This document shows positions 37,078-47,616 of a stretch of 64,000 bases of DNA, in pieces (within the stretch, counting starts at the first letter, position 1; the number at the start of each line of letters is the position of its first letter). Source of the stretch: an uncultured delta proteobacterium (lineage in GTDB: Bacteria; Desulfobacterota; Binatia; Binatales; Binataceae); contig CAVRVY010000003.1 of assembly GCA_963724765.1 (NCBI GenBank), forward strand, positions 1,024,001-1,088,000, given 5' to 3'. The notes below the pieces were generated by a model, which had not been told where the DNA came from, searched no databases, and worked only from the letters and a program-made list of their open reading frames with translations. The translations under genes and the position numbers were made by a program.

Positions 37078-37883
37078 GCGAGGATGGTCAGGGCGCGGCG
37101 GATCGCGCGAGCGGCACGCAGGCGCCGGAGGGCATCGCGCGCGGCGGAAAGCTCACCGAAATCCGTCTTGCCGCGGGCTTCCTGACCATCCTTCCCGTAC
37201 TTCCGCGCGCCGCCGTGGCGCCCGAGACGCTCGCGGCGTCGTTCGGATGGTTTCCGCTCGTCGGGTTTGCGCTTGGCGGGGTGCTCGCGGCCGGGAATCT
37301 ACTGCTGACGCCGCTCTTAGGCGATGCGCTCGCCGCGGTTCTGCTGGTGCTCACGCTCACCGTGTTGACCGGCGCGGTCCACGTCGATGCGCTCGCTGAT
37401 ACCGCCGACGCGCTGAGCGCGGGAGCGGATTGCCGCCGCGCGCTGGAGATTATGCGCGACAGCCGGATCGGCAGTTTCGGCACGGCCTCGATTTTTTTCT
37501 TTTTCGCGCTCGAGATCGTGGCGCTGGCGACGATGGGTGAAGTGCAGCGCACGGCGGCGCTGTGGCTTGCGCCCGGCCTGGCGCGCTGGGCGATGGTGGC
37601 CGTCGGATGGCGTATCGATTACCTGCGCGCCGAGGGCGCGGGGACGCTGCTGGTGGGACCCGGCGGCGATCGCAATCTCGCGCTCGCCAGCGCGATCGTC
37701 GTGCTCGCGGCACTGCCGATCCTCTCGTGGCGCGTGCTGTTGGCTTATGTCGTAGCCGCGGTGCTTGCGGCCGTGCTGCGCGCGGCGTACCGGCGATGGC
37801 TCGGCGGCGTGACGGGAGATCTTCTCGGGGCGGCGGGCGAACTGGTGGAACTCGCGGTGCTGTTGGTGATGGCGGTTATTTGA
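37074..37883 (+). CDS. cobS: Cobalamin synthase (adenosylcobinamide-GDP ribazoletransferase)
   Basis: FLTILP, TGAVHVDALADTAD, IMRDSRIGSFG, GGVTGDLLGA. Confidence 0.93.
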   Translation: MSEDGQGAADRASGTQAPEGIARGGKLTEIRLAAGFLTILPVLPRAAVAPETLAASFGWFPLVGFALGGVLAAGNLLLTPLLGDALAAVLLVLTLTVLTGAVHVDALADTADALSAGADCRRALEIMRDSRIGSFGTASIFFFFALEIVALATMGEVQRTAALWLAPGLARWAMVAVGWRIDYLRAEGAGTLLVGPGGDRNLALASAIVVLAALPILSWRVLLAYVVAAVLAAVLRAAYRRWLGGVTGDLLGAAGELVELAVLLVMAVI

Positions 37884-38397
37884 CGCGCAGCGGATAGCCC
37901 GCGACCATCAGCACCACGCGGTCGGCGGTTTGCGCCAGCGCCTGGTTGGTCCATCCGAGGAGATCGCGGAAGCGCCGCGCCATCGCGTTCTCCGGCACGA
38001 TTCCGGCCCCCACTTCGTCCGTCACCACGATGCTGGCGCAGGGCGCGTCAGCCATCGCGCGAGCGAGGCCGCGACCCTCGGTCAGAATCTCTTGATCGCT
38101 GCGACGGGCCATCAGCAGGTTCGAGATCCAAAGCGTCAGGCAATCGACGACTACGATATCGGCGCGGCGCGCGAGCTTTGTGAGCGCAGCGCCGATGACG
38201 ATCGGTTCTTCGATCGTCACGAAATCGGCGGAGCGATTGGCGCGATGATGCGTGATGCGCTCGCGCATCTCGTCGTCTAGCGCTTCGGCCGTGGCGATGA
38301 AAAAATGCCGCGCGCCTGGCGCCTGCTGCGCCAGCGCGAGCGCGTGCGCGCTTTTGCCGCTGCGCGCGCCTCCGGTTATCAGCGTTACGGTGCCCAT
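37876..38397 (-). CDS. cobU: Bifunctional cobinamide kinase / cobinamide-phosphate guanylyltransferase
   Basis: GGARSGKS, EMRERITHH, VDCLTLW, DEVGAGIVP, RRFRDLLG, VAGYP. Confidence 0.94.
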   Translation of the reverse strand: MGTVTLITGGARSGKSAHALALAQQAPGARHFFIATAEALDDEMRERITHHRANRSADFVTIEEPIVIGAALTKLARRADIVVVDCLTLWISNLLMARRSDQEILTEGRGLARAMADAPCASIVVTDEVGAGIVPENAMARRFRDLLGWTNQALAQTADRVVLMVAGYPLRVK

Positions 38398-38523
38398 CCG
38401 CGTTCCTGTCCGCGCTCCCGACGATCTGCGCTCGAGATTGCCGCGTTGCGATCGCGCTCTTCGACCCGCCGCGCAATCGTGATGATTGACTTGCCTGCCG
38501 CAAAAATCATATCAGTCTTCTGC

Positions 38524-38660
38524 GCCCGGTGTACGGGAAGCCGGTTAGAGTCCGGCGCTGCCCCGCAACTGTACGGGGGGACAACGGCCCATCTGAGCCA
38601 CCGCTAACGAGCGGGAAGGCGGGCCCGCGGATGATCCCCAAGCCAGGAGACCGGCCGGGT
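38524..38660 (+). ncRNA. Cobalamin (B12) riboswitch
   Basis: GGGAAGCCGGT..AGTCCGGCGCTGCCCCGCAACTGT...GCCACC...GGGAAGGC...AAGCCAGGAGACCGGCC consensus upstream of a TonB receptor. Confidence 0.93.
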
Positions 38661-38788
38661 GACTATTAAGCCGTCTGCCTTCCGTGGGGAAGGAGGCTTA
38701 GGCCACTCGTCACTCCCTTCTCCGGGAGCCTGCCCGAGCGCCTGAGTCAGCCCATCCCGCGTGGCTGACGCATAGCTCGAGGGAGGCT

Positions 38789-40891
38789 ATGAAAAGATCG
38801 GTCGTCGGCGTTCTAGTCCTGACATTTTTTGTTTTTTTCGGATTGCCGATTGGTTCGCGCAGTGCGCGGGCTCAAATCGCGCCCGCGCCTGCCGCGCCGC
38901 CGTCGGCGGCGCGAGCGTCGGGCTCGAACGGCGCGGCACACAGCACCGCCGCGCCGCGAGTCGCGCAGGCCAAATCCAACGCGCAAGCCAAATCCAGTAA
39001 GGCCGCAACTTCCGCCAAGCCGCATCGCAAGCTGCCAAAGATGGTGTTCGTGGTGACGGCGACGCGGATGGAGCAGGCGCTCGATACGGTCGGCACCACC
39101 GTCAGCGTCGTCGGTTCGCAGCAGATTCAGGAACAGCAAATTCATGCCGCTGGCGACGTTCTGCGCCAGGTGCCCGGCGTCGAAATCACCCAGAGCGGAT
39201 CGGCAGGCACCGAGACTGACGTTTCGATTCGCGGCTCGACCGCGGCCGAGACGCTGATTCTCATGGACGGCGTCGATGTCAACAGTGGCGCGACCGGCGG
39301 CTTCGACATCGCTGACGTGACCAACGACAATCTCGACCGTATCGAGGTAGTGCGCGGCGCGGGCGGCGCGCTTTACGGCTCGTCGGCGATCGGCGGCGTA
39401 GTCAACCTCATCACGCGCGAGGGCAGCGGCCCGCTCAAGCTCAACTATGACGGCGAGGGGGGCAACCGCGCGACCCAGCGCCAGGCGGTGACTTTCGATG
39501 GCGCGGATGGACGGCTGGCCTACTCGGGAGCGTTGTCGTACTACTCGACCACCGCGTTTCGTCCGCGCAACGCGAGCTTCGACGATCTCTCGGGCGTGCT
39601 GCGTTTGGATTACCACCTCACCCCCGACACGAAATTCACCGGCTTTGCGCGTTACATCCGCTCCAACGTGAGCCTGGTCAACTTTTCCAATTTTATTACG
39701 CCGGTCGATCCCAACGCCCACCAGCGCAACGAGTTCATGCTTTACAACGGCGTGGTCACGCATCAATTCAGCGATCGGCTGGATGGACGGATGAGCGTCT
39801 ACTTCCTGCGCAACGATCTCCGCGTCAACGACACGCCGTTCCCCGCCAATCTCACCTTCGAACGCGACCGCATTCCGGACGAAACCCGCGGCACCAACAT
39901 GGAGTTGCACTATCGATGGGGCGAGGGCTTTCGGTCGCTGGCCGGCTTCGATTTCAAGGACCGCTGGGTGCGCTCGGCAGAACTCTACGACACCCTCGAG
40001 CCGCCCACGCAGTCGTTCACCGCATACCACGCCCGGCGCCAGGAGTATGCCGGCTACCTCGAGCAGGAGGGACGTCTGTTCAATGGCCTGATGCTGGTGA
40101 CCGGTGGAGTGCGGGTGGACGGCAATAGCGATTTCGGAATCGAAGTAAGCCCGTCGTGGACGGTCGCGATACCGCTTGAGCGATGGGGCGTGACGCTGCG
40201 CGGCAGTTACAGCGAGGGGTTTCGCGCGCCCAGCTTCAACGAGCTGTATTTTCCCGACTTCGGCAATCCGAAGCTGAATCCTGAGATCTCCAGCGAATAC
40301 GACGGCGGTATCACCAAGACCTTGGGCGAGTCGGCGTCGTTTACCGCGACCTACTTTTCACGCCGCGTGCACAACCTGATCGTGGCCGAGCCATGCACGA
40401 CGTATCCCGGATGCGTCGAGGCGGCGAACGCGGGCCGCGTCGACACCCAGGGCGTCGAGCTGGTGCCGACCGTCCAATTGATGCGTGGACTCACGTTCAG
40501 CGGCAACCTGACCGTTATTGACGAGACCCACGTTTCGTCGTCGCCGGAAATCCGGCCGCTGCGCGTGCCCAAGTACTCGGCCTTCGCGCTGCTGACATAC
40601 GCACGCAAGGCGCTATGGACCTCGAACGACGCAGTGTCGGCCAACCTCGCCTACTACTTCGTCGGCGATCGCGACGACCTCAACCCGGTCACTTCCATGA
40701 TTCAGAACCATGCCGCCTACAACCGCTTCGACCTGACGATGGCCTACGACGCGGGGATTCGCTACGGGCGGATTCGCGGCGAAGAGCTCTACGTGCGGGT
40801 GCAGAACGTGCTCGACCGCCATTACGCCGAGGTGTTCGGCTTTCCCTCGCCGCCGGTCAACTTCGTCGCGGGAGTGAAAGTGGATTTCTAG
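38789..40891 (+). CDS. btuB: TonB-dependent receptor, BtuB-like corrinoid importer
   Basis: Signal peptide, VVTATR TonB-box region, RIEVVRGAGGALYGS plug, FRAPSFNELY, C-terminal Phe; B12 riboswitch leader. Confidence 0.88.
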   Translation: MKRSVVGVLVLTFFVFFGLPIGSRSARAQIAPAPAAPPSAARASGSNGAAHSTAAPRVAQAKSNAQAKSSKAATSAKPHRKLPKMVFVVTATRMEQALDTVGTTVSVVGSQQIQEQQIHAAGDVLRQVPGVEITQSGSAGTETDVSIRGSTAAETLILMDGVDVNSGATGGFDIADVTNDNLDRIEVVRGAGGALYGSSAIGGVVNLITREGSGPLKLNYDGEGGNRATQRQAVTFDGADGRLAYSGALSYYSTTAFRPRNASFDDLSGVLRLDYHLTPDTKFTGFARYIRSNVSLVNFSNFITPVDPNAHQRNEFMLYNGVVTHQFSDRLDGRMSVYFLRNDLRVNDTPFPANLTFERDRIPDETRGTNMELHYRWGEGFRSLAGFDFKDRWVRSAELYDTLEPPTQSFTAYHARRQEYAGYLEQEGRLFNGLMLVTGGVRVDGNSDFGIEVSPSWTVAIPLERWGVTLRGSYSEGFRAPSFNELYFPDFGNPKLNPEISSEYDGGITKTLGESASFTATYFSRRVHNLIVAEPCTTYPGCVEAANAGRVDTQGVELVPTVQLMRGLTFSGNLTVIDETHVSSSPEIRPLRVPKYSAFALLTYARKALWTSNDAVSANLAYYFVGDRDDLNPVTSMIQNHAAYNRFDLTMAYDAGIRYGRIRGEELYVRVQNVLDRHYAEVFGFPSPPVNFVAGVKVDF

Positions 40892-40905
40892 AAACGCTCG
40901 CGCGC

Positions 40906-43869
40906 TCACCCGTCGCGCGACATTTCGATGCGAAAGCATTCATCGAAGGTCGCGCGGATGCGGGTGCGGCGGGCTTCGAGCTCGGCCAGCAGCCGCGCCG
41001 CGCCGTCGGTATCGCGGTAGCCCATCCGGCGCGCCAGCGGGCCCAGGCTTTCCGGCGCGATCGAGAGCGCCCACGCGGCCTGGTCGGTCTCGATGCGCAG
41101 CCGGTTCTCCAGGCGCGAGAGGAAACGGTAGTCGGCTTCCAATTGCGCGGCCGCGTGATGTTCGAGCAGCCCGCACCGGCCGATCCCGCGGACCAGCGCG
41201 ACGGTGGCTCGGCTGGTCAACTCCGGATGCGCGTGGCCGTAGCGCAGCGCCATCATCTGGGTCAGGAATTCGACGTCGACCAGGCCGCCGCGGCCCTGCT
41301 TGATGTTGAGACTGCCGCGTCCGTCAGCGCCAAGCTCGCGCTCAAGGCGCAGGCGCATCGCCGCGATCTCGCCAACCTCCGCGCGGCTCAATCCGCGGCC
41401 GAAGACGAATTCGCGCCGCGCCGCTTCGACCTCCGCACCCAACTCGGGTTCGCCCGCGATGACGCGCGCGCGCACCAGCGCTTGGCGCTCCCAGACCGCC
41501 GAGGAGTTGGTGCGATGGTAGTCGCGAAAGCCGTCGAGCGAGGCCACCAGCGGTCCGGCGTTGCCCGAGGGACGCAGCCGGAGGTCGATCTTGTAGGCGT
41601 AGCCCTCGCGCGTGCGCGCTTCGAGCACGGCGATGAACTTCTGCACAATCCTGGAGGCGGCCACGCGGCTGCTCTCGGCCACTTCGCCGCGGTCGTGGTA
41701 GACAAAAATAAGATCGAGGTCCGAATTGTAGGACATCTCGGCCGCGCCCAGCCGGCCCATCGCAACCGCCGCCAGCTCCAGCGCCGGCGGCAGCGGGATG
41801 CGCGCCGCTATTTCGGCCCGCGCCAGTTCGAGCGCGCGCCGCAGCACCACTTCGGCGAGCAGGCCAAGCTCGGCCTGCACCGCGTCGGCGTCGAGGTCGC
41901 CCGCGAGATCCGCGATCGCGATACGCAGGAACTCCTGGTGGCGGAAAGCGCGGATCGCGTCGAGACGGCTTTCGAGGTCGGGGCTTGCCACGAGCAGCCC
42001 GCGCAGCTCCTCGTCGAGTTCATCCAGCGAACGCCGCGGCCGCGCCAGGTCGGAGCGCACCAGCGTATCGATCATGTCGGGATGGCGAATGAAAATCGTC
42101 GAGAGGTAGGCGCTGGAGGCGAATAGGCTCAGCACCACGCGGCGGGTTGCGGGGTGCTGTTCGAGCAGCTCGAGGAAGGAGCTGCGTGCGCCGATCGCCG
42201 CGATGAACGACGCGAGGTTCATCAGCGCAAGGTCGGGATCGGCGAGCTCGCGAATCTCGTCGAGCAGCAGCGGGCCGAGGCGCTCGAGCAGCTCGCGCCG
42301 GCGCGGCGCGCCCGCCGCGATCGCATGTTCGGGGCCGCGCGCCAGCAGCAGCAGATGTCCCGCGCTCTCCTCGGGCCGCGCGAAGCCCAGCGCTTGCAGT
42401 ATTGGCGCCGACTGATGCGGATCGAGCGCACCGCGCCACGCGCGCTCGGCGGCTTCGGAAGCTGCGCGGCCGCCTCGATCCTCGGCAGCACCCAGCATCT
42501 CGCGGAACTGCGCGGCGACCATGGCACGATGATTCTGAAGTTCGGCCGCGAAACGGGCCACGGCCGCGGCATCCTTCCCGCGGCCCATCCGCGCCGCCAG
42601 CGCACGGCGGCCCGCGTCGTCGGCGGGCAGCACGTGGGTCTGGAGCGCGGCCACAATCTGCAGCTTGTGTTCGACATCGCGCAAAAAGAGATAGGCGGCC
42701 GCCAGTTCGCGGGCGCGGTCGGCGTTGAGATAGCCGAGCGCACCGAGACGCTCGAGCGCCGCCAGCGTCCGGGCGCTGCGCAGGCGCGGATCGCGACCGC
42801 CATAGACCAGGATGAGCGCCTGCACGATGAATTCCAGCTCGCGAATTCCGCCGTAGCCGAGCTTGATGTTGCGGTCGACCAGATCGGGCGCGCGCAGCTC
42901 ACGCTCGATCTGAAGCTTCATCGCGCGCAACTGGCGCAGCGTATCGAAGTCGAGGTAGCGGCGATAAACGAAGTGGCTGAGCTCGCCGAGCAGCCGCCGT
43001 CCGACCTCGAGCACGCCGGCCACCGGGCGCGCGCGCAGCAGCGCGGCCCGCTCCCAGGTTTCGCCGAAGCTCTGGTAGAAGCTGAGCGCGCCCCCAAACG
43101 GAGTGACCAGTGGCGCGTTTCTGCCGCCCGGACGCAGCCGCATGTCCACGCGAAAGCATTTCGCCGACAATAGCTCGGTCAGCGTCTCGCCCAGCCGTGC
43201 CACCGCCTCCGCCTCGGCGTCCGGGCCGTCGTAGACGTAGATCAGATCGATGTCGGAACTGAGGTTGAGTTCCTGCGCACCCAACTTGCCCATCCCGAGC
43301 ACGCAAAAGCCTTCGGCCGCGGGCGCTTTGCGGCCCACGATGAGCCGTGCGCAATCGAGCGCCGCCGAGATGCACTCATCGGCGAGCCGTGACATCGCAC
43401 GCATCGTAGCGGCCACATCGAGCCGCCCGACCAGATCGGCGATCGCGATTTGCAGAAACAGCCGCAGCTTGAATTCACCGAGCCGTCGCGCGGCTTCCTG
43501 CCGGTCCGCGGTGGGGCCGGCGGCAAAGCGGATGGCGCTGTCGATCGATTCGGCGCTCGCGCCGCGCGCCGCGCGAAAGAACTCAAGCCAACGCGGACCC
43601 ATCGCGCCGAGTCCTTGCGCGACCACCTCGGAGCCGCCCACGCATAGCACGAGGTCGCCCGCGAGGGCTTCATCGGCGAGCGCCGTTCTCAGCTCTGCCG
43701 GCGACTCCTCGACGAGCTTGAGCAGGGTCGCGAGCGCCAGGCGCTCGTCGGCGGCGCGATGGGCCACGGCCGCCGTGGCGGCGGCCGCCAGGCGCGGATC
43801 GCCGAGCAGGCGCGCAAGCTGCGCCGCCAGATCGCGAAGCTCGGGCGCGAGCACAACCGCTTCGGGCAT
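40906..43869 (-). CDS. glnE: Bifunctional glutamine synthetase adenylyltransferase/adenylyl-removing enzyme
   Basis: Two nucleotidyltransferase domains: GMGKLGAQELNLSSDIDL..RVDMRLRP and AMGRLGAAEMSYNSDLDL..IDLRLRPSG. Confidence 0.95.
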   Translation of the reverse strand: MPEAVVLAPELRDLAAQLARLLGDPRLAAAATAAVAHRAADERLALATLLKLVEESPAELRTALADEALAGDLVLCVGGSEVVAQGLGAMGPRWLEFFRAARGASAESIDSAIRFAAGPTADRQEAARRLGEFKLRLFLQIAIADLVGRLDVAATMRAMSRLADECISAALDCARLIVGRKAPAAEGFCVLGMGKLGAQELNLSSDIDLIYVYDGPDAEAEAVARLGETLTELLSAKCFRVDMRLRPGGRNAPLVTPFGGALSFYQSFGETWERAALLRARPVAGVLEVGRRLLGELSHFVYRRYLDFDTLRQLRAMKLQIERELRAPDLVDRNIKLGYGGIRELEFIVQALILVYGGRDPRLRSARTLAALERLGALGYLNADRARELAAAYLFLRDVEHKLQIVAALQTHVLPADDAGRRALAARMGRGKDAAAVARFAAELQNHRAMVAAQFREMLGAAEDRGGRAASEAAERAWRGALDPHQSAPILQALGFARPEESAGHLLLLARGPEHAIAAGAPRRRELLERLGPLLLDEIRELADPDLALMNLASFIAAIGARSSFLELLEQHPATRRVVLSLFASSAYLSTIFIRHPDMIDTLVRSDLARPRRSLDELDEELRGLLVASPDLESRLDAIRAFRHQEFLRIAIADLAGDLDADAVQAELGLLAEVVLRRALELARAEIAARIPLPPALELAAVAMGRLGAAEMSYNSDLDLIFVYHDRGEVAESSRVAASRIVQKFIAVLEARTREGYAYKIDLRLRPSGNAGPLVASLDGFRDYHRTNSSAVWERQALVRARVIAGEPELGAEVEAARREFVFGRGLSRAEVGEIAAMRLRLERELGADGRGSLNIKQGRGGLVDVEFLTQMMALRYGHAHPELTSRATVALVRGIGRCGLLEHHAAAQLEADYRFLSRLENRLRIETDQAAWALSIAPESLGPLARRMGYRDTDGAARLLAELEARRTRIRATFDECFRIEMSRDG

Positions 43870-44015
43870 CGTCAGCTACAATAGCAGAGCCTCGCGCCGG
43901 CGCGCGCCCGGCGCAGAGTGCTCTATCCCAGGTCCCTAAGCCGCGATTGAGGCGATGGCAGCGCGACTCGAGGCGATGCTAGACTTCGGCAGAATCCGCC
44001 GGGAGGTTCGATTCC

Positions 44016-44690
44016 ATGATCGTCCTGTACACGACCGAGCGCGATTATCCGTGGGGTACGCTGCGCTCCACACACGCGAGCAAGACCAAAGTGGTGCTCG
44101 AGGAAAAGCGCCTCCGCTACCGGATCGAAAATCTGCGCCCCGGCGACCTCTGGAAGAAACCACCTGAGATGCTGGCACGCCATCCGCTCGGCAAGGTCCC
44201 TTATATCGAAGACGAGGGCGTGACGATCTATGACTCGACCGTGATCGATGAATATCTCGACGACCGTTACGGGCCGCCGCGTTTGCTGCCCGATGAGCCG
44301 CTGGCGCGCGCGTGGGTACGGGAACTCGAACAGTTCGCCGACGAGGCGTTGCTGGCCGCCGACCTGCCGCCCATCTGGATGGCCTATTGGAGCGAGCCCG
44401 ACAAGCGCGACGTCGAGCGCATGGAGAAGGGACGCGAGGGGCTGCGACGGCGCGATCTTCCGTTTATCGAAAGGGTACTCGGCGCCGCGCCTGCCGGCGG
44501 ATGTCTGTGCGGCGGCTTTTCGATGGCCGACGTTCCGATGATGGTGCTCGCGATGGTGCTCGAAGTCGACCGGTTGGCGCTGGACGAATTTCCGCGCGTC
44601 GAACGCTACCTCAGGGAATTGCGCTTGCGGCCGAGCTATCGCGCGATAAGTCCGCGCACCAGGGTCGCCGAAGCGAGCGAGTTGCGCTGA
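44016..44690 (+). CDS. Glutathione S-transferase family protein
   Basis: HPLGKVPYI, YDSTVIDEYLDD, FSMADV. Confidence 0.88.
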   Translation: MIVLYTTERDYPWGTLRSTHASKTKVVLEEKRLRYRIENLRPGDLWKKPPEMLARHPLGKVPYIEDEGVTIYDSTVIDEYLDDRYGPPRLLPDEPLARAWVRELEQFADEALLAADLPPIWMAYWSEPDKRDVERMEKGREGLRRRDLPFIERVLGAAPAGGCLCGGFSMADVPMMVLAMVLEVDRLALDEFPRVERYLRELRLRPSYRAISPRTRVAEASELR

Positions 44691-44733
44691 AGGCAAGCGC
44701 GTAGCGCCCGTTAACGGCGTCGGCGCGCGCGCG

Positions 44734-45864
44734 TCAGGACTCGTTGCGGCGACGCGTAGCGGCCGCTGCGCTGCGGCGATGCGAGTCGGAAACCTGCTTT
44801 ACGTGAGCGCGATGATGGCGAGAGCGGAAGTGATGAATGATGCGCCGCAGAATCGGCGATGACGCCACCGGCGGCGGCGCCTCTTCGCTCTCGATTCCAG
44901 GAAAGTACTTATCCTCGTAACGGTGAACCTGGTCGGCGGCCAGGAACTCGGCGTAATAGTTCTTGACGGCGAAGCCGAAGTGCGGGCCGTTATAGTCCTG
45001 CACGATTTTCATGAAGTCGCTGGCGTATTCAGAGGCCGCGCGCTCCATTCCGGCCGTCCCATAATTGTAGGCAGTAATCGCGAGCGGCCAGCTCCCCAGC
45101 GCCTGGTAGTTAGATTGTAAAAGCTCCGCGGCCGCCTGCGTCGAACGCACCGGGTCGAGCCGGTCGTCACGGTAGCGCGTGATTTGCAGGAACTCGCGGC
45201 CGGTGGCGCGGGTGAATTGCCAGATACCCAACGCGCCGGCGCTCGAGCGCACGCGCGCTGAGAAGCCGGACTCGACTGACGCCAGCGCCACCAGCTCCGG
45301 CGGCAACCCGGCCCGCGCGAACACCTGCTCCATCCTGGGCCGGTAGTAACGGCTGCGCAGGAGCGCGTCATGAAATTGCTCGCTCAGGCCCTGCTGCACG
45401 CGTAAATTTTCCGCCGCGCGAGCGTAAGCCGATGCAGGCTGTCCCTTGAACATCGCGGCGACCCGCTGTTCCTCCCATCCAATCGGTTGCTGCCCCGTGG
45501 CGAGGCGGTTGAGGATGTCCCCGTACTTGGCTTTCAGGTAGGCGTTGGCCCACTCGATCTCTTCGCCGCTCGGAGCGCCGTCGCCCGACACATGAAATTT
45601 CTGGTAGATCAGCGAAACATTGTCGCGGTCGTGAACAATAAAGTCGCGATCCCCCCAGAAAGTGAAGGCTTTGACCCAGAAATCGATGTTGGGTTCGAGT
45701 GCGGCAGGCCGAGGGAAAGGTGACGGCTTGACGCTCGTCTTGAGAATCGAAACCTCGCTAGCGGCCTGCGCAATTGCGCGCGGCAAAACGATCAACAAGA
45801 TCGCGATTACAGCAGCGATGGCCGCCCGGGTGATTTGCCCAATTGCTGGCTTTGTTCTCGGCAT
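44734..45864 (-). CDS. Lytic transglycosylase (SLT domain, MltD-like, no LysM)
   Basis: LASVESGF, AGALGIWQF, AITAYNYG. Confidence 0.9.
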   Translation of the reverse strand: MPRTKPAIGQITRAAIAAVIAILLIVLPRAIAQAASEVSILKTSVKPSPFPRPAALEPNIDFWVKAFTFWGDRDFIVHDRDNVSLIYQKFHVSGDGAPSGEEIEWANAYLKAKYGDILNRLATGQQPIGWEEQRVAAMFKGQPASAYARAAENLRVQQGLSEQFHDALLRSRYYRPRMEQVFARAGLPPELVALASVESGFSARVRSSAGALGIWQFTRATGREFLQITRYRDDRLDPVRSTQAAAELLQSNYQALGSWPLAITAYNYGTAGMERAASEYASDFMKIVQDYNGPHFGFAVKNYYAEFLAADQVHRYEDKYFPGIESEEAPPPVASSPILRRIIHHFRSRHHRAHVKQVSDSHRRSAAAATRRRNES

Positions 45865-46128
45865 CTCCGCCCTCTGCCGCTATCGTCACTCACCAGGCAC
45901 GCGCGCGGCTGTCCCCCCGCTCGGCGCCGATATCAACGTATACCAATTATGCCTAGGAGCTTTGGTAGTCAACAAAATGCTTTGACGTATCAATCCAAAC
46001 CTTCTGACGTTGCCACGCTACGCCTATCTTAGGGGAAGAGAATTGAGGAATTCCCGAAACGTGGCGGCGCGAGTGTCAGCTTGAGTTGGGTTTGCACGCG
46101 CAGCTAAGCTCGCGATCGAAGCATCCAC

Positions 46129-47418
46129 GTGGACGAAATCAAAATAGTTCCGCTGCGGCATCCGATAGCCGCGTCCATCAGGGTCCCCGGTTCCAAGAGC
46201 ATCACCAACCGCGCGCTGTTGCTGGCCGCGATGGCCGACGGGCGTTCAAATATTTCCGGTGCGGGCCTCAATGACGACACGCGCCGGATGGCGGCCGCGC
46301 TCGGCACGCTCGGTTTCGACCTCACCGTTGACGAGGCCGGGGCGCGAATTACCGTGGACGGTCGCGGCGGCGTCGTCCCGGCGCACGGCGGAGATCTGGA
46401 CGCCGGTGGTGCGGGGACCGCGATGCGCTTTCTGCTCGGCTTTCTGACGTTGGGACGCGGGCATTTCCGGCTCGACGGCAATCAGCGAATGCGCGAGCGT
46501 CCGATCGGTCCGCTGCTCGATGCGCTGGCGGCGCTCGGCGCCCCGGTGCGAGCCGAACGGGAAAATGGATGTCCGCCGGTGATAATCGAAGTTGGCGAGG
46601 GCGGCGTGCGCGGCGGCGCGGCGCGAATCGACGCCGCGCTTTCCTCCCAATTCGTCTCGGCGCTGCTGATGCCGGCACCGCTGTGGCCGCGAGGGCTCAA
46701 ACTCATGGTCACCGGCGAGGCCGCGCAGCCATTCATCACGATGACCCTGCGGCTGATGGAGCGATGGGGCGCGAGTGGAACGATGCGCAGCGGCGAAATC
46801 GTCGTACCGGGCGGTCAACGCTACACGGCGCAACCAAACTTCGAGGTCGAGCCCGACGCCTCGAGCGCGAGCTACTTCGCCGCGGCGGCCGCGCTGGTTG
46901 GCGGCAGCGTCATGCTAGTGGGACTCAGCGCCGACTCGGTGCAGGGCGATATCGCGTTCATGAAGCTGCTGGAGCGGATGGGCGCGCACGTCGAGTGGCG
47001 CGAGGATGGGGTGAAGGTAAGCGGCCGCGGGACTCTCAGCGGCGCCGATGTCGCGATGGGCGGAATGCCGGATTTGGTACCGACGCTCGCTGCGATCGCC
47101 CCGTTTTGTTCGTCGCCCACGCGGATTCGCGGCGTCTCCTTCATCCGCCATCACGAGAGCGACCGCCTGCGGGCGCTCGCCACCGAACTTCACCGGCTTG
47201 GCGCGTCGGTCCATGAATGCGAGGACGGGATGCTGATCGAGCCGTCGCAGATTGGCGCGGCGGCGGTCGATACCTACGACGACCATCGGATCGCGATGGC
47301 GTTTGCGGTGGCGGGGTTGAAGACCGCCGGCATCAGCATCAGGAATCCCGGATGCGTCTCCAAGACCTACCCGAATTTTTTCCGCGACCTCGCTCGGCTA
47401 TCGAGCCCGCAAGCGTAG
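46129..47418 (+). CDS. aroA: EPSP synthase
   Basis: PGSKSITNR, AGTAMRF, RPIGPL, SSQFVS, HESDRL, DDHRIAM, KTYP. Confidence 0.96.
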   Translation: MDEIKIVPLRHPIAASIRVPGSKSITNRALLLAAMADGRSNISGAGLNDDTRRMAAALGTLGFDLTVDEAGARITVDGRGGVVPAHGGDLDAGGAGTAMRFLLGFLTLGRGHFRLDGNQRMRERPIGPLLDALAALGAPVRAERENGCPPVIIEVGEGGVRGGAARIDAALSSQFVSALLMPAPLWPRGLKLMVTGEAAQPFITMTLRLMERWGASGTMRSGEIVVPGGQRYTAQPNFEVEPDASSASYFAAAAALVGGSVMLVGLSADSVQGDIAFMKLLERMGAHVEWREDGVKVSGRGTLSGADVAMGGMPDLVPTLAAIAPFCSSPTRIRGVSFIRHHESDRLRALATELHRLGASVHECEDGMLIEPSQIGAAAVDTYDDHRIAMAFAVAGLKTAGISIRNPGCVSKTYPNFFRDLARLSSPQA

Positions 47419-47491
47419 CGCGTCACCGTTCTCCGGCTGAAAAATCAATGAGGAGTTGTTCACGCGTTCACGAACGACCCTACAAATTCTG

Positions 47492-47582
47492 GCCCCTCTC
47501 CTTGTCCAGAAGAGCTTTGCCTAACTTGCGACGATCCCTTCCGACCCCTCTCCTTGTCCAAGGAGGGGGTTGGGGAGAGGTC
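47492..47582. repeat. REP/CIR-like palindromic element between convergent aroA and atpC
   Basis: Direct repeat CCCCTCTCCTTGTCCA (two copies); the second folds with AAGGAGGGGG and is followed by GGGGAGAGG. Confidence 0.55.
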
Positions 47583-47616
47583 CAATGATCGCTTTACGCG
47601 ATCCGCGCGAAGTGCG

